Source: Macrostomum lignano
Taxonomy: Eukaryota
Reading direction: 5' to 3'
DNA: 64,000 bases
Assembly: GCA_002269645.1 (NCBI GenBank)
Contig: NIVC01000296.1
Span: 1-64,000, forward strand
Every line of letters starts with the position of its first letter. Position 1 is the first letter of the stretch. Positions 35,697 to 47,469 of this stretch are shown here, piece after piece. Made by a program: the position numbers and the translations under genes. The notes beneath the pieces are model-generated. The model was not told the origin of the DNA and ran no database searches. It worked only from the letters and a program-made list of their open reading frames with translations.

Positions 35697-38667
35697 GCTG
35701 CTAGCTGATTAATGCTTCTCACTGCTACAAGATACTCCCCTCCTGGAGGAAGTACATCACTATGCATTAGTAATCGGAGACAAAAATTTTGAACAGCGCG
35801 GGGGAACGAGTAGGTAAGCAATGCAGAGGTCATAGGTGTTGTGTCTTCTGTTTTTTAATGACTAATCAAATGAGCAAATCTGGAACTTAAACTGTTAAAT
35901 TAACCAGCCGATCTTCGACTCTTGTCTTATTATTTATTTCTGCAAGCCTACCTTGCTCTTGTTACGCGTAGATCACTAAAGCGTACGGTGCGCTGGGAAG
36001 CAAATCATTTTGTTTATGGTTCGGCTTGGCTTATAGCCACAGCAATAGGTTGATCAGTTTATGAACACTGTTCGGGTATTGCTAGGTGGACTGTCCTTCT
36101 GGAAGATTTGCACGGAGGTCTCGCTCTTGAATCGCACGCGATTTGCGCTGCGTGACCTTGTGTTAGAGGCGGGCGCGTCGCTTGGCTTGGCCGGTGTAGC
36201 TGCTGGCTGCTCTTGTTGGGCTGTTGGTAGGGTGGCAGGCTTGACACGATCGATCGACACTAACGGTAGGCTTGCCGTTGATCTTGAGTGTCATTGTGGT
36301 GTCTTGCCTGTCCAGTACCGCGTACGGGCCTTGGTAAGGAGCCTCCAGGGGCCGTCGCACACGGTCCAACCGCAACCAGGCGTGTGTGCACGAACTCAGC
36401 GCGGCTGGCAGATGCACGACTATCTCTCGAGTTCTCGGCTGCCGGTATGGGAAGAAAAGCTGATGTAGCTCGTAGACTAGTCGAGAGCTCCTTGAGCGCA
36501 GAAGTGTCGGTGACGACTGGTGGGACCAACGGTTGCTCACCCATAACAACGGAGAACGGAGAGGCACCTGACTCATCTGGGAAAATGCGCATGCCCAGGA
36601 GCACGACGGGCAGCTACTGCAGCCAGTTCTTGCCGCGCGCCTTCAAACCGACCTTTAGCGTCCGGTATGCACGTTCGATGATACCGTTAGCTCTCGGATT
36701 ATAGGCTGAAGTGCGGATGTGGTGGATGCCGAGTAGATCCTTCAAGTTCTTCATGAGCTCCGCTCAGAATTGGGATCCCTGGTCACTGATCAGCGTCAAA
36801 GGTGGGCCGAACCGAGAAATCCAGGTGTCCAGGATGGCTTGTGCGACTGATGTGGCGGCAATGTTCGAAAGCGGTGCTGCTTCGAACCAGCGTGAGTAGG
36901 CATCGATCATGGTGAGTAGGTAGCGAGGCTTCGGCCCGGGATCTTCAGACTCAGGAGGCGGTAACGGTCCGACCAGGTCAATGTGTACCGTCGTGAATCT
37001 CCGTCTTCTCGATGTCCTTGTCTGCCATTGGAACGAAGTGATAGGCCTTGACGACATCAAGGGTGCTGAAAACTTTTGCGCCGGGCAGCTGATGATGTAA
37101 AAGGTTGATGTTAGGGATAGGGTAGCGGTCTGGCTCGGTTGCCGCGTTTAAGGCTCGATAGTCTCCGCAAGTTCTCCAGGAGCCGTCCTTTTTCTTTACT
37201 GTGTGAAACGGGGAGCCCCACGGACTGGCGGAGGGGCGGACGATGCCAAGTCGCAGGAGCTTGTCGAATTCCACTTTTGCAACCGCGAACTTGGCAGAGG
37301 CAAGCGGTCGCGGTCGACAAAAAATGGGCTCGCCAGTGGTCTCAATACGATGTCGAACCGACGTGGCGGATGCTGCAGTGTAGTCCGGAGCTTCCAGAAT
37401 TCGAGGGAACCAAGCAAGCGGTGTGGTGGGCTCAAGCAGCGTGGTGGTGTTGATTTGAGGGACTGAATCACTAGAAGAACAGAGAGTCGAACGCAAAGAT
37501 GTCGAACGCGCAGTACTAGTAACAATGAACGTCACAGGGTATGGTCTACGAAGGCCGGGGATAGCAAGTGTGACACAACATTGGCCGAAGCAGCAGCGTG
37601 GTGGCCTTTGACGGGTCGCGGCTCGGCCGAGGCACGTGACCAACTAGTTTGACACCTGGCTTGGCGTTGGGCTAGACGCCCGGGACTGAGCCGGAGTGGG
37701 CCAGTGGGCTGATGGCTCTCCAGCAATGTCGGCGGTTTCGAGCCTGGCCACTGGCACCATGGTCGGCAGGTGCGAGCATCGGTGGCGTAGTAGAGATGAC
37801 CGTTGCAGATCTTGGGTCGTCGGCGTGAGTTCCGGTTGGAGCGCGAGTCGTCGGGCTTCCTGCTACGAAAAGAACCAGCGTTGCCTCTCGGGTGCTCTTG
37901 GCCGGTGGCCGAGGTGCGGTTTACAGAGGCGTACGGGGTGGCACAACCGGCGACACAAGCCAGCATGCTGTCGGCGATCTTCGCAAACGCGTCCAGCTCC
38001 GCCTTTTCGTGACCGACCAAGGCGGAACGGATGTGGGCCAGGTGGGCAGTGCAGTTAGGAGTCGAGACTTGATAATGCTGTCATCGACTTGTAAGCCTAC
38101 TTCGCTGAATCGCCGCTTGATGTCGGTTACCAACTGAGATGGGCGGCGATCCCCGAGCTCCACCGCGGCGAGGGCCTCCTTGATTCGTTGGTGTCGGTTG
38201 GTGCGCAAAGCTTCTAGCACCGATGTTTTAAGCGAGGCGTAGTCCTCTGTGCCTAGGTCGATCGAGCAGGCAACGTCCTCAGGCAGGGCCGCTAACGTAT
38301 GATGGAACTTGGTCGCAGCGCGGGTGATTCCAGCCAGAGTAAAAATTAAACTGCGATTCCAGTTGCCGGAACCAGATCTCAGGCGACTTCCGGTAGAAGG
38401 CGGGAGGTTTGATAGCGATGCGTTGCACGAAGGCCCAGCTTCGGGCGCTAACGGCTGCTGCTGTTCGTCCTCCATACCAAACGCTCTGCTACCACTTTGT
38501 AGCGAGTAAATCAAAACGCAGTGGAATTTATTTTGTGGAAGTGAGATAGAACGGTTGTAAACCCTTGACGGGCTCTAACTTCGGCTTTATTCGATTTTAG
38601 AGACAGTAAGGAGAACAGCTTAAGAATATTGTCTATGGCCAAAAGAGGCTCGCTGCTAGCTGATTAA
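35697..38667 (-). mobile_element. Internally deleted Ty3/gypsy element with reciprocally truncated LTRs
   Basis: PBS TGGTAGCAGAGCGT at 38494-38481; gag (ELGDRRPSQL); RT N-terminus (SPWGSP...DGSWRTCGDYRALN, STLDVVKAY); integrase (VHIDLVGPL, LISDQGSQF, GPY motif). PPT GGAGGGGAG at 35743-35735. LTR termini TGTAGC (35729) and GCTACA (38498), with a shared 16-bp LTR core. Confidence 0.88.
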
Positions 38668-39800
38668 GGTCTCCATTTATTTGTTTGTTTATTTACGAAT
38701 ATGTGATAAGCATTAAATAAGAAAAGCTCAACAATTAAACAATTAAGCTTAAAAATGGACATTGAATGTTTTTTGACAACGACATCCAGTGTTTTCATGT
38801 TCTTTGTCTCAACTTCCAATCGAGCCTTCCCAATAGCCAGTCGCTCACGCTCGATAGCCAGCCGGTCTTTCGCTACCTCCAGGCGTTCCCTTTCCACCTG
38901 CAGTCTCTGTTCTTCACACTTACAGATGCCTTCCATGTCGTTCATCACGGCGAACTCAATTTTGTCCCGATCTTCGGAGACGTCCACGATCCACTGGCCT
39001 GGCTAGTCTCGTGCGGGCTCGTGCGGGGTGTTCGCTCAGAGCTGAGCCAGTTGGCATCGTCAGTGCCAATGGGCCAGACAATTCATTAAATGGGCTCGAG
39101 CACCGATCCGAGGAATCAGTCTGTCTGCATTGGATCTTGTCCGCCGGAAAATCTGACGATACTCTACAATGCTATCATTACAGCGGTATTCTGCTCAAAA
39201 GAAGCAAGAACAGCTGCAGTTGGATCAGCTGCCTCCTGTGGCCTGCTTGTCCTGCCGTTGCGAATGCATCTTCGCTTTGACTTCGGATTTTTTATCACAT
39301 CACTTCTTGCGGCATTCTTCACCCGTCCGCTAATTGGTACCAATGGCGTTGACGTGAGCTGCGATAGTCTCCCAAACTGCTTTTTTCTTCCTTTGCATCT
39401 CGACTATCGGATGCATCCTTTGCATCTCGACTCTCGACTATTTGCAGATAGCCGAGATGCAAGAAGAAAGGAAGCTTTCTTCTTCCTTTGCGTCTCGACC
39501 ATCTGATCCTTGGAATTGATAGTATCTAGGATAGTCTCCCAAACTGCTTTTTTCTTCCTTTGCATCTCGACTATCGGATGCATCCTTTGCATCTCGACTC
39601 TCGACTATTTGCAGATAGCCGAGATGCAAGAAGAAAGGAAGCTTTCTTCTTCCTTTGCGTCTCGACCATCTGATCCTTGGAATTGATAGTATCTAGGTAC
39701 TTGTTGACGTAATTCAACAACTCTTCCTTTTCTCCAAGCACGAAGTTGGATTGACGCTTGACAATTGTCCCAGTACCATCTTCCATTACAGTTGGCAATT
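38664..39800 (-). pseudogene. Myb/SANT plus coiled-coil (Harbinger accessory-type) pseudogene with an internal tandem duplication of about 135 bp
   Basis: KRQSNF...EKEELL, KKKAVWETIAAHVNA...RTGEECRKK...ATGGG and ERERLEVAKDRLAIERERL. Segment 39385-39522 is repeated at 39523-39690. Confidence 0.72.
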
Positions 39801-39980
39801 GTTCGTTATGAAGATACTCCAGCAGTTCATTTACCGACCGTCAGACGCATTCACCGCACGGCTTCTTGCACGATGGAGTTCTGGATGCTGATGTCGGCAG
39901 GCCTTGTCACACACACTCTTTCTTTCATTATCTCATCAGAAATAATTCATTAATTATCAAACGATTTTTTCAACTTTGGA

Positions 39981-40797
39981 CCATAGACTATGGTCAAATA
40001 ACAGGGTTTATATTTAGTAAAACTAGTGATACAATACGTATAATATAATCGTATAATACACGTTTAAGCATATTTGTTAATTATGCACGAAAACACAATA
40101 ATGGCATTCTTTGAGAAATTTGCAAAAGGTACGTTTGAAAGCAGTACAGTACAATACAGAATAGAACAGTAAGTTTTGATGCATTTTAAGCTCAGTATTC
40201 TTAATTCCTAAGCATCTTCCTAACAAAGCAGACGATCTATTACTAGCGGCTGTAGGCCTAATTGCTTAAGTTGAACGTGCAATTTGAGAAGTGGCAGCCT
40301 GAGAAGACACTGGAAACATTTTGTTTACTTAGCGAAAAAGGTTTCGGAGATCGATAATGATCAGTTGTCGCGAGTGGCGTGACAAACACGTCACCGTAGG
40401 AGAACATTTGGTCTTTGGTTGTGCACGGTGGCGAATCCAACTCGGCCTTATCCATGCTGTCCGTAGGAATTAAATCTTTTCCTTCTTCGAAGTCCGGTGG
40501 AACGACACCAAGCAGCTGCTCTTTAGATCGCGAATGATCGGTAATGAAGTGGATGAAATCCTCCAGTTGGGCATCTTCTCGGTGATCAGCACTGCTAAGC
40601 TCCGCAAGGAAAGAATATTCGCTGGATGTAACGCCGTGGAGACTATCAGCTGGCAGATGGTACCAGCTGATAAGGTGTGAAGCAGACATTGCTTATAAGT
40701 ATTGCAGTCGTCGAATTCTCTGCTCAATCCTATTAACTTAGTTTTAGTCTAACACTACCCACTTTGTTTTCTGGGTAAAACTTTAATTGTCTATGGC
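39981..40797 (-). mobile_element. Mini Crypton-like element (N- and C-termini fused, recombinase core deleted)
   Basis: ORF 40258-40689 joins an N-terminus paralogous to 44161-44400 and 45250-45470 to the C-terminal SVFSGCHFSNCTFN. Bounded by inverted ccatagac (39981) and gtctatggc (40789). Confidence 0.6.
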
Positions 40798-41699
40798 ATT
40801 ATCTGAGTCCAACTTCAACGTCTATGGCTCATATCATAATCCAAGTTTAAACATGCATTATCAAACATTTAATAATGACAGATTATTCAACATACTTTTA
40901 CTGCGAAATCATGAGACAATAATATTATATATACGGACTCAAAGGTAGATAATGCTAAGTTTGATAAATTTTTTGTCTATGTCTCGCCATGGCATAAGTG
41001 TTGCTCAATGGCGTTGCTTAACAATCAGGCATACGACAGGCCATACAACAATGCGAGTGTCCACACGGTTCTACCATTGACAATCTACCATTGTCGCAAA
41101 CTTTCACTTCGACGCAATACCAATTTCAAAACGTTATTGTTTAACACTTTTGCGATTGTCATAGACAACGAATCAAATAGGAGCAAGTTCATAACAAGTG
41201 TATTTATGTAACAGTTTAACAGCATGGAGAAATGAATCCTTCATGTTTAACAGTAGCACTACTACGAGCAGTAGTCATATCGGAAAAGACAACAAATAAG
41301 CCCTCAGCCCGTTACTGACGCCAGCACAGATCCAAATTGTTAATTGTTTAAGCCAAGGTAAACGTGCAGTTTTTGAACTGGCAATTTTCAAACATTCGTA
41401 AAACTTGAGTTTGGATATTTCTAACAGAAAAATGAAAAATTTATCAGAAAAACACTGGAGGTACATCCTGAAAGTCCTAAAGTTGCGGTTTACGAGGGCT
41501 ATTCCAAAAGTAAGTTTCGCTACACCATAAAAGACAAACTAGTGAATCCACAATCAAAAAAACTTTGAAACTGCAAAATGAACTCATATTTACTCTACAA
41601 ATTTGCCGCCAAGGTCAACGCATTTCTGCCAGCGGCGCAGCCACGCCTCGAAGGCAGGGCTGCAACCGCCAATGGCCAGATGCCGGATAGCTGATGAAG

Positions 41700-41850
41700 C
41701 ACTGTTATTAATTCCACCGTTGAAACGTTGAAACGGCAAAACGTTGACCACGAAGACTCTCCTTTATCCTTGGAAAACGTAGAAGTCCGCCGGAGCCAAG
41801 TCAGGCGAATAGCGTGGCTGAGACAGAACTTCCCAATCCCAGGACTCCAG
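41700..41850 (-). pseudogene. Mariner transposase C-terminal fragment
   Basis: WEVLSQPRYSPDLAPADFYVF. Confidence 0.75.
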
Positions 41851-42170
41851 AGCTCTTCCACTCTTCTTACCTGCTGAAAGATGCACGTCTTGACTCTGAG
41901 TGTTCAAGGCTTCTGTTTTGCACACGATGGCTGACCTTCTTTCCCGATTGGTTGCTTTAAGGCAGCGCTTATAGCTGTTGATGTTTGACAAACAGCGCAA
42001 TCACTTTTTCTTGAGAGGTACCGTCGAACAGTCCGTTCCGTCTTTTGGCCAGTAACACACACATGATCCTGCTGAGGTCGTGACCTGTTTGATTCGTATA
42101 GTCACGTGACAAATTTAACTTCTTTCTAAGACATCGCATCATATTGTTCAGCCGGTTAATTCCGCAAACC
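41850..42170 (-). pseudogene. Crypton-like tyrosine recombinase C-terminal fragment
   Basis: MMRCLRKKLNLSRDYTNQTGH... and SQDVHLSAGK, paralogous to 43742-44108 (SQEVHLSSGK). Confidence 0.5.
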
Positions 42171-43350
42171 TGCTGAGAAGAAAAGCACAATTCTTCTTCA
42201 ACTTCAGTGATGAACCTTTGAAAAATTATTGGCGCCGTTTTGATGCCGAAAATATCAAGCGGAGTGGCCATGACAGTCAGGTCCTTAGACGTGTTGTCGA
42301 GCTCTATTTGGTTGTAGGTTTTCTTTAAGTCCAAAATCGTATAGACCTTACAACCTGAGACTGCCGCAAATGCCTTCTCCGGAGTCGGCGATGGATTGCT
42401 TTCGTTGACCAGCTGTGGATTTACAGTTTGCTTATAATTCACGCACAACCGGAGACCTCCATTTGGCTTCTGGCGACGCCCGCTCTGAGAACTTTACCGG
42501 TTCGATGATCTCGTCTTTTAGGAGCTCATCGATTTCTGCTTTGAGCTTGTCCTTCAGCGCGAACGGAATCGGGCATGTCTTGATGTACTTCGGCTTGCCC
42601 TCGCCCTTGAGCTCTAAGTGTGCCTCTTTGGTGCACTGTCTGAGGGTTCCTGTCCCGCGTTCTGCGTGTCGGAGTGTCCAATTATGATTGCACTCAGGTC
42701 GAAATGTAAAACATCTCTGCCAAGTAAGGCAAAGCGTCTGCTCGAAGCTACAACTTGGAATGTGACTTGGATCTGTCATTTGTTCTAGACTGCCGGTACA
42801 GTCAGTTGGCCTAGCAGGTCAAACTTGTGTTTGTCCATGTAGCCGATCAGGACTGCATTGCTCAGTCGTAAGCGAGGTCTGCCGATGCTTTTCCACAAGC
42901 TGCTGGACATGACCGAAACTGTAGCGCCCGACTCAAGCTGACACTGAACTTCCTGATCCCGGACTTTGGCGGAGCACACTAGGGATATTGACAGATAGGG
43001 TCGTCATTGACTGCTGCAGCGTGCACCACGGACAGAACATCCGCCGGCTGTGCGTTTCCCGCCTGCGCCTCATGATCCTGACTACCTGCTCTTGACTTGC
43101 CCATATTCTCAATGTGGTTCATCTTACCACATTTCCGACAGGCCTTTCCCATGGCTGACACAGGACTTTTCCTTGTGTTTTCCACCACACCTTGGACACT
43201 GAAATCTTGAGGCAACGCCCGACGCTGGGTGGAACTTTTTGTCGGTAGGTCTGCCATGTTTCCACAGTGCTTGTCTGCCTATTTTCATGACCGTCCCTGG
43301 TCCAGCCGCAAGAACCCAGACGCAATAACAAAATATTTTGGCCATTATTC
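42170..43350 (-). mobile_element. Degraded Ty3/gypsy gag-protease-RT fragment
   Basis: Zinc knuckles (CPRCGGKH, CRKCGKMNH), protease-like QLESGATVSVM, PIPFALKDKLKAEIDELL...IIEPV and ILDLKKTYNQIEL...FGIKTAPIIFQR. Confidence 0.8.
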
Positions 43351-43369
43351 CACACTTTTCAGGTTCTAA

Positions 43370-44469
43370 GCCATAGACATAAGGATTTGAAATAACGTAG
43401 CTGTTATTAAGTGTATTTTAACAGATAAACCTGTGAATAATTTGACAGTAGAGGCTTCCTTGAAAAAATGAACACATATATTTATTAATTGATATCGAAC
43501 AAATGCAATGTTGAAAACGCCAAAAAGCATAAAAAATATATTAAATTAAGCTTAACTTTTGCAACACACTTCGTCAGTTTGTAGTCAACATTTTACAGCG
43601 AATGTTTACTTACTCGCCCCGAAATTGAAGGTGCAGTTCTCAAAGAGGCAGTTCCCGAATATGCTGGACACCTGACCCTGGCTATTTAGCACTGCAAATG
43701 CAAGAATAATTTTTCCTGAATTAGGCTTCTCAAGTTTCCTACTAATAAGAGCTCTCTGTGACTGCATGGTTGCCTGACTTACCGCTAGATAGATGCACTT
43801 CTTGGCTTGTGGTGACAAGTTCATTTGGGGATTTCGTTTTGGCACTGGTCTCCAGACTGGGAGTCTTTTTGACTGTCGGTTGCTCGGCTGAGTCTATTGG
43901 GCGCTCCAAGGCACTGCGTATAGCCGTCGAAGCGGTGAAGACGGCTTGATCGGTAGCGCCGCACAGTTCGTTCACTTTTTTGCCCGGTAATATACATGAT
44001 GTCACTCAGGCAATGACCCTTCTCTTTCAGGTCAGCGATTCTCGTCACTCGTATGCAATGCTTGGTGTACTCTCGAGACAAGCTGCACCTCTGGCTCAGG
44101 CGTTTCATCAGAGAGTTAAATCAATTTATGCCTCGTACTTGTTGAGTAGCGATGCGCAGGTTACCAGCCTTGTCGTTCGGTAGAGCTCGTGGGAATTGTC
44201 GAGATCAACTGTTCATTGAAGCCATCCACTTCCGGCAGGTCCGGCAGTTCTTCAGTTCCATGGTCATTCTCAATCCAATCAATGAAATCCCGCAAGGCCT
44301 GGTCATCGTGATGGTCCGTTGAACTAAGCTCAGACAGCAGTTGCAACTCGTCCATCTTGACTCCGTTTAGCGAGTCCACGGGAAGATTTTTCCAATAGGG
44401 AGTGTTAATTTTTGAGAATCGCATAACATAATTAAAGACAGACTTTGAGGAAATTGTTTTGTCTATGGC
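43370..44469 (-). mobile_element. Internally deleted Crypton-like element
   Basis: N-terminus (44161-44400), then recombinase tail MKRLSQRCSLSREYTKHCIRVT...IMYITGQKS...RRY and C-terminal IFGNCLFENCTFNF. Bounded by gccatagac (43370) and gtctatggc (44461). Confidence 0.7.
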
Positions 44470-44820
44470 ATATCTAAGTATATAGTAGACCTCGTATAGC
44501 TCTCGTGTGTTTCGTAAATCGCAAAAACAACCAATAGCACCAGAGCAAAAAAGTGTGGAATAATGACATGGCGCTGGGTAAAAGTATAAATACAATGCAC
44601 TTGTATAGTATGTAACTTCATTGAAAACTATACAATCTACCTTTATTCTGCTCGTATGAGTCCTAATGATTGTCCTAATAACGCTATTAGTTCAGGCTTC
44701 CAAAGAACACTGGAACCATAAACAAAACGTGCTGAAAATCAGCCAACATTTTATTTAAAACAAGTAACAAAAAATACAATAGGCAATAAAGAATGCATAA
44801 ATGGATGCCTGTCTTCATCT

Positions 44821-45557
44821 TCAGTACCATTCTAAGGTAACGCTAAGGTAACCGAACGGTTCCGCCGCGGCCAAGGGCGGACTCAGACGCTCTGGGAGAC
44901 ACTTGTTGCCGACCTGGAGGCAATTGGACTGAACCCCCCCCCCCAGACTGCTGCGACCTGCCCTGCCCCTCTTTTTCGCAATCGTGTGCGCGCTAGCGCC
45001 CCCCCCCGACCCTAGCATCGTTGTAATGTAATGTAATGTAAGGTAACGCTGCACACCAGCTCGAGCGCACACAAGCGTAGCAGGCGAACACAGACTTCCA
45101 TCAGCTTTCTTTAGTCCAAAGTAGTAAAAACGAAGATAGTCCCCAATCTTATCGTTTGTCACGTTTTCTACCTCTTCAGCTGTATGCTTGCGAATGAAGT
45201 CAACCTCCCTGTTGCATAATTTGTGTTTTTTTGTAGATCGCGGTAACGAGTCCAACTCGACTTTGTCCATGTCGGCAGCCATGGACTCGGGTACTTCTGG
45301 CAATTCGACTCCCGAAACATAATCTTCAGTGTTTGCCTGAAGATCCGTGAGAAAGTCAATAAAATTCTTTAATTCGTTCTCGTCGTGGTAATTCGTAGAA
45401 CTTAGTGCAGTATTAAAGCTAGCTCGTTGTCGCTAACCCCATTCAAAGATTTCCATCATTGAGACGAGAGCCGAATTTTTCTGCTTCTGTCTTAGAAAAC
45501 AGTCCCTTACAGATACGAGCGTATAGTTTTAAGCCTAGGAAAGTCCTAGTCTATGGC
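44821..45557 (-). pseudogene. Crypton-like N-terminal fragment
   Basis: DYLRFYYFGLKKADGSLCSPATLVCARAGVQRYL matches the KK.DG..Y.P.TL...RYL segment of DUF3504/ZMYM-type tyrosine recombinases; gtctatggc at 45549. Confidence 0.7.
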
Positions 45558-45649
45558 CGACATAATTCCCCTAACTCTTTTATGTAATCTTTTCACCAAA
45601 AAACAAGATTCTTTGGTCGGTGCGCAATGATCTCGGGACTCGTTTCGGT

Positions 45650-46200
45650 CATAGAATAATGCGCGTGTGTGGCATGTCTTAGCCGTAGATAATGCTCGCA
45701 GTCACGAGTGGCGAAGCATTGGATGGACTCGTCCAATGATTCCTACCTCGGTGCACATTTCGCTCATGAACCCGCACAACGTGTTTTTGCCAATAGGCCG
45801 ATTTGAAAACCACTTCACACCGGGCTTGACCAACGGTTGCCAATAGAAACAGGTCTGAACACTTGAGTAAGTATTTTTCAAATAGGCTCTTATGGCGCCT
45901 AACAGAATCGGTAGACTTAAAGTGGACAGTCTTCTTTGGCTTAATTCCTTTTGTGACTGGCCAACTCTCCAGCGTTAGTCTTTGAAACAGTTTTACGGTA
46001 TACCAAGCAACGTTTCTCGTCTCTAATCTCAATTGACAGATAGTCGGTTGTCATAGCGCTGTGCTCCTCTCCTCCTCTAAGGGAAATATGTAACCCATTT
46101 AGATAGAAAAGTGTCCTGAGTAACTTCTTCGGAGTATCATTGCCCAGCACACTGTTCCAAAAGGTGTATTTGTATTATTCAAAAAGTTCTTTTCGGTGCC
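45650..46200 (-). pseudogene. Crypton-like (DUF3504-type) tyrosine recombinase core fragment
   Basis: LGNDTPKKLLRTLFYLNGLHISLRGGEEH...VYRKTVSKTNAG and WFSNRPIGKNTL..FMSEMC. Confidence 0.75.
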
Positions 46201-46449
46201 CTACAAAACTGAACACAAAACAACTGGAACTATGAAAACACTGTTAAATTGTTTAACATGATTCTGTCACTCAATATATTCACCGCCAATGTAGTCTACT
46301 CGAATATATTGGTCACGCTGTTCGTTTCACCACAGATGTTAATCTTCATTTTCTTAGTTGTTCCCATCATCCCTACCGTCGCAGAAGGTTCTCCCTTGAC
46401 AAAAAGCGATCGAATCAGAGCCTGTGGTTTGTCCGGTTGGTCTTCGTAG

Positions 46450-47240
46450 GCAGCAGCGACTAAATTTATGTCAGCCTGTGGAGGGACTGACAGATGGGGG
46501 CGAGATGGCCGAGGTCAGGCAAACGGACGCAGACTCGAACATCGGACAAGAGCCAGAGAGAATGGCGCTGTGTCGCTTCTGTTGGGAGAGCGAAACCCCT
46601 ATATATCGTTCCAGAGCCGCGCTGCTGTGTCCAGTGACACGTGCAATATCTGCACGCTGCACACCCGCCCCATAGCTTGTCTTCGACACTTGACGGGATC
46701 AGCTCAGCCCGCCGGAGTCCAGAGCCCTTGCTAAAATTCATAGAGGCATCCAAAGCGCGTCTAGAGTGAGGAAACTCTTGGTCCCTTCACAGGCTCCACG
46801 GCTGCTTGCACTGAAGGTGTTGACCATCTGTAGAAAAGTCTATGCCGCGATATTGCGCTAGGCAGGGATGAAAAATAACTCAAGGCCCGCTTGCACTTAG
46901 CAGGGCCGACTAATATATTTGGCTATGACTAATTGCGTAATAAATCAATGATTGAAGTGAGTGGTTGGCTGTACGTACTTTTACGGGGCAGTGATAGCGC
47001 CGGACCAAGTGAGCGAGAGAGAGAGAGAGAGAGAGGCAGATGTACACTGCCCACACTATCCATTCGCATTTCTTCTTCGTCGTTTCTGGAGTCACTGCGT
47101 CCATTGCATCAAAGACGTCCTGCTCATTCATAGACGCCGCATTCGGTTCAGCGGAACAGATCTCATTGGCTAAATCCAAAGCCTCCTCAAGCTCTGTAGG
47201 ATCAAAATTGGCTCAAAGTGGCTCAAAATTGGCACCGAGA
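46450..47240 (-). pseudogene. Further Crypton-like remnant (N-terminus at about 47040-47200, C-terminus at about 46450-46750)
   Basis: AVTPETTKKKCEWIV (N-terminal motif) and LWGAGVQRADIARVTGHSSAALERY...QQKRHSAIL (catalytic TGH...Y region). Confidence 0.65.
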
Positions 47241-47469
47241 TAAAACCAATTTTCACCGTTGTCCATGGCTGATGAATAGATGGAATTGAAAAGAAGGATA
47301 AGTTCATTCCGTTTCTTCCCTTCTTTGGCCCGAATTCCTCGGCTGAGAGTTCGTTTCTTGGCCGAGGTCTAGAGGCAAGCTCGAAGCCGGGGACTTTGGG
47401 CCATAGACAGACACGGCCCAGCCAAATAGGGAAGAAACAGCTCTCTTTGCTTCACTGTTAGTGTAATGT

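Noticed and set aside
35697-38667. 16-bp direct repeat read as a long TSD
   Set aside because: Its position between the PPT/TGTAGC and GCTACA/PBS shows it is the shared core of two truncated LTRs.
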